Both the position numbers and the translations under genes were made by a program. Below the pieces are notes generated by a model. That model searched no databases. It saw only the letters and a list, made by a program, of their open reading frames with translations, and was not told the origin of the DNA. This document shows, one piece after another, positions 60,301-64,000 of a stretch of DNA of 64,000 nt. Location: positions 496,001 to 560,000 of the forward strand of contig JBNJNM010000011.1 in the NCBI GenBank assembly GCA_052426225.1, written 5' to 3'. The first letter of the stretch is position 1, and the number at the start of each line of letters is the position of its first letter. This DNA comes from Zancudomyces culisetae HAW-14-8 (Eukaryota; Fungi; Kickxellomycota).

Positions 60301-61565
60301 AAAATAAAATAAAAAAACACTAAACTGTGATCCGGCATACAGTGCCCGTGTAATCCCATATCCAGAAATTACCATCTAGGCAAATTACAAATTCTGGAAT
60401 TTACCATCTTTCGTCTTTACAATAATAAACAAATCCAAATATGACTAGTGTAGAAAGGAAAAAGTTATGTAAACATCTAGTTTGTTATCAATGTGTTAAT
60501 GGTACGTAGCTTGATTAATCTACTTTTCATTATGATATGATGTATTTAATATTTAGTCACTCCTAACCCCGGTTTTTGAAAGGTGGTTCTTTTTATTTTT
60601 TTGCTTACAAGTCCTTTACAGGCCTTTTATAATTGGCACCAAAGTGTACTTGTCTGGTATGGAAAAGCAAAGGCTAGTAATGACTAAACTGAACAAATAA
60701 TTGGGTTAGGTTAATCTTTGTCTCTGGAAAAGCTTTAGAGATGACAGAATTCAAAAATGAATTACTCCCTGTCATTTAGGCAAATTACTCACACTTGAAA
60801 ACATGAAACAAAAAAAATAGTTTTACTGGATTTATCTGCAATCGATATTTAGCAGATCAGAAGTTATAGGGGAAATTGTCATTTGTAATTTTGGCTACGT
60901 ATATACGCTTGCGAGATTATTTAAATGAGTGTAATCAGCAGTCTTTTACGTAATTCATATTTATCTTTCCGAATTATTCGACCTAATTAAAGCGCAATTT
61001 TATTGGCAATGTGCAGGATTTGATTGAAACTACTGGTAAAAATTAAAAAAATTACGTAAATAATATACATCAAAATAATTATCCAGTAAGCTTTAACATT
61101 TTGTTGAAAAACGCAACTAACATAAAACCCATTAAATCACTTGATATTGTATTCGTCCCCTTTTCTGAAAGGGGGGCTTTTTTTTACACGCATTTATAAA
61201 ATTGGAATGGAATTTTTTTGTTCAAAAATTTTTTATTGTATAATCCCGTAAACACAGCTCACTAAATGAAAATACCCACTAAATAAGAAAAACAAAGCAC
61301 TAAAAACAGTCAAATCGCAAAAAAAATAAATATCCCATGTATTTGGCTTAATTAGAATTTATAAACGGACTGGCACATAAACTTTAAAATTGCTTTACTC
61401 ATTTACTCCAACACACTTTCTGTAGTATTTTTAAAATACATATAAAAAGCTACAATTTAGTCCGGGTAGTATTGAACTGGGTAGAATTTTTGTATTATCT
61501 TGAAGATACGTACTATAATATAGTTTTAGTAGTAATAATAATAATAATAATATAAAGGCAAAGGG

Positions 61566-63164
61566 ATGGATATTGAAGAAAAAGGAACAAGTACTGGTGG
61601 CAGCACCATGGAGAAGCACTTAAATCACAACACGGATAACCCCGACCGCAGAGAGAGTAAGCTCAAGAGAGAAATGTCTACCAGACAGATCTCTATGATT
61701 GCTGTTGGCGGTACCATTGGAACGGGACTCTTTGTAGCTTCGGGATCAGCCTTTGCAACTGCTGGTCCTGCTGGAGCACTTGTCTCATACTTACTTATTG
61801 GATTATGTGTGTTCTTTGTAATGACATCTCTTGCAGAAATATCCGCGTTCATGCCAATTCCAGGTTCATTTAACATTTACGGTATCAGATTTATCGATCC
61901 AGCCTTTGGCTTTGCAGTCGCTTACAACTACTGGTATTCATGGGTTACAACAGTTGCATCCGATGTTATAGCAGCAGGAATTGTAGTCAAGTTTTGGTTG
62001 CCAAACGTTGAACCTATCCTTTGGGCGGCCTTGATCCTGTTGTTGTGTTTCTTATTCAACGTGCTAGGTGGTAGAAGCTTTGCAGAGTTCGAATTCTGGT
62101 TCTCGTTGATTAAGGTTGTTGCTATAGTCGCATTTATTGTGATTGCCATCTGTGTCGCAGCTGGATGGATTGGTGGTGTGAAGTATGGATTTACCAACTG
62201 GTCTGGTGAAAACGGCGCATTTGCGGGAGGAGTTGGTGGTGTGGTTAAGGTCTTCCTTGTTGCTGGTTTCTCCTTCCAGGGTACTGAAATCATTGGAACC
62301 ACATCTGGTGAATCCTCAAACCCAACAAAAGATATTCCAACAGCTATTCGATCAATTTTCTGGCGTATCCTTTTGTTTTATGTACTCACTATCTTCCTTG
62401 TTGGTTTAATTGTACCATCAAACACTCCAGGTCTCTTGGACGGTGACGTTGACAATCTTGCTGTTTCTCCTCTGGTTATTGTATTGAGGTTGGCTAAAAT
62501 TCAACCAGCTGCCCATATAATGAACGCAGTCATTCTAACTTCAGTTTTTTCAGCAGGAAACTCAGGTCTGTATCTTACAACACGTACTCTTTACGCTCTT
62601 GCATTGGAGAGAAGCGCTCCAAAGCTATTCACCAGGACCACTAAAAGCGGCACCCCTATTTTCTCGCTTATTTTAAACGTATTTCTTGTGTGCGTTTTTG
62701 TTGGTGTTTCCTATATTGGTGATCAGGTAGTCTACTTGTGGCTGGTAAACCTCACTGGAATTGCAGGGTTTATTGCGTGGCTTGGAATTCTTGTTACTCA
62801 CTACAGATTCAGAAAAGCATACATCTACCAAGGCTACAACATTAAGGATCTTCCATACAGAGCATCGCTGTATCCCTTCGGTCCTATCTTCTCATTCCTC
62901 ATGTTGGCTTTTGCATGTATTGGTCAAGGTTACACCAGTATTTTTGGAGATGATGGATTTGTTGTTGACGATTTCTTGCAGGCTTATCTTGGGTTCCCAA
63001 TTTTCCTTGCTCTGTTTTTCTTCTGGAAGTTCTACAAGCGCACCAAGTTTGTAAAACTTGCTGAGATGGACTTGGAAACCGATAACTATATTGCCCAAGG
63101 TTTTGTCAATTACTCCCAAGAACTTAAAACATTTGGAGCCAAGCTTAGATCTATGTTATATTAA
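61566..63164 (+). CDS. Amino-acid permease (APC superfamily, LysP/YAT-like)
   Basis: RQISMIAVGGTIGTGLF, EFEFWFSLIKV, FSFQGTEIIG, FWRILLFY, MNAVILTSVFSAGNSGLY; about 12 TM helices. Confidence 0.95.
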   Translation: MDIEEKGTSTGGSTMEKHLNHNTDNPDRRESKLKREMSTRQISMIAVGGTIGTGLFVASGSAFATAGPAGALVSYLLIGLCVFFVMTSLAEISAFMPIPGSFNIYGIRFIDPAFGFAVAYNYWYSWVTTVASDVIAAGIVVKFWLPNVEPILWAALILLLCFLFNVLGGRSFAEFEFWFSLIKVVAIVAFIVIAICVAAGWIGGVKYGFTNWSGENGAFAGGVGGVVKVFLVAGFSFQGTEIIGTTSGESSNPTKDIPTAIRSIFWRILLFYVLTIFLVGLIVPSNTPGLLDGDVDNLAVSPLVIVLRLAKIQPAAHIMNAVILTSVFSAGNSGLYLTTRTLYALALERSAPKLFTRTTKSGTPIFSLILNVFLVCVFVGVSYIGDQVVYLWLVNLTGIAGFIAWLGILVTHYRFRKAYIYQGYNIKDLPYRASLYPFGPIFSFLMLAFACIGQGYTSIFGDDGFVVDDFLQAYLGFPIFLALFFFWKFYKRTKFVKLAEMDLETDNYIAQGFVNYSQELKTFGAKLRSMLY

Positions 63165-63591
63165 TACCCTTGCTTTTTTTAATCTAATCGTTTTTTTCTG
63201 TTGAAAATTATTTACATTATTCCCCCCCCCTTTCTTTTGCACGTATTAGGTTTGATGTATGATGTACCAATTTATAAAACATTGCTAACAATATTCTTCT
63301 GTTTGTCTTTCCAATGTTCCAGTTCAAAATATAAACAGAATCTAGAGAAAGTTGACCAAAGCGCACTGCAAGGGTGGTCCAAGACATGTTATGTGAATGA
63401 AAGGACGGTGTCAGCCGAATCTGACTGCCCCAGACCGACTCTATCAGAAAACGGATGAGCTCTTTGAGCTAACACCTGGGTTGGTACCAGAATCCCTAGA
63501 TTGGGAAGGAGAGTGATTGGGTGGATATGTATTATATAGAATGCTCTTTTATTAACTTCACAGAGTATGTATTTAGTAAATTAGTTATAAA

Positions 63592-63650
63592 TGATAATAA
63601 TAATAATAATAATAATAATAACAGTAGCAATAAAAATAACAATAACAATA
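63592..63650. repeat. (AAT)n microsatellite; a shorter one lies at about 61533-61552
   Basis: Directly visible. Confidence 0.8.
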
Positions 63651-63654
63651 AAAG

Positions 63655-64000
63655 CTAGCGAGAGTGTGTTGTACTGATAGAAAGTCCGTCGTTTTCTACT
63701 TCATACACTGCATCAAGGTAATGATACCCGTTTTCCCCCATTTCAAAATCGTCGGATCCTAAATTACTACTGTAATTGTAGCAGGTGGCAGTGTCGACAG
63801 CCTCAGATGTATTACCATTTGTGAAATCAATGAAATCGGATCTGAGGTTTAGAATTTCAAATTTAGACATTAGGTACGCGAGGATAAATGTTACAGTGAC
63901 AGACCATGCGATGCATACCACACATGCAAGAAGTTGTATTGGAACTTGTATAAAGTTTCCATCTAACCAGCCACCATTTATTGCTGAGGGAGCAAATGGC
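63655..64000 (-). CDS. Ammonium transporter (Amt/Mep), 3' end only; runs off the window
   Basis: Minus frame reads PFAPSAINGGWLDGNFIQVPIQLLACVVCIAWSVTVTFILAYLMSKFEILNLRS, matching the last TM helix of fungal Mep proteins. Confidence 0.8.
   Translation of the reverse strand, partial: PFAPSAINGGWLDGNFIQVPIQLLACVVCIAWSVTVTFILAYLMSKFEILNLRSDFIDFTNGNTSEAVDTATCYNYSSNLGSDDFEMGENGYHYLDAVYEVENDGLSISTTHSR

Noticed and set aside
63396-63435. SECIS element (some early-diverging fungi use selenocysteine)
   Set aside because: The stem after ATGA is irregular, and no adjacent gene has an in-frame TGA in a selenoprotein-like context.

Overview
AT-rich eukaryotic DNA with short GT-AG introns. Gene content (Grainyhead/CP2 factor, sphingolipid C9-methyltransferase, SUN glucanase, trypsin, SMG9-like NTPase) points to an early-diverging fungus; an insect-gut Harpellales/Kickxellomycotina identity is my inference, not shown. 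About 25 protein genes and one tRNA-Ala(CGC) are supported. Two compact housekeeping blocks (about 3.8-15.5 kb and 40-57 kb) flank a gene-sparse block (about 16-39 kb) rich in secreted or surface proteins. The most striking structure is a near-perfect 2.8-kb inverted repeat (28901-31737 and 36129-39005). Each arm carries an identical START/DUF3074-like gene behind a mosaic of tandem repeats, and the arms enclose a 4.4-kb segment with a SUN-family gene and NDUFS8. This is the architecture of an invertible cassette or a very recent template-switch inverted duplication; a fold-back hairpin sits exactly at one junction. Also notable: a solo bacterial-type solute-binding protein, a Kex2-type prepro small secreted protein, a tail-anchored protoglobin, an SMG9-like gene, two spliceosomal genes sharing one CTAG stop palindrome, and several candidate structured RNAs. 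Exon boundaries were read by eye and are unverified.
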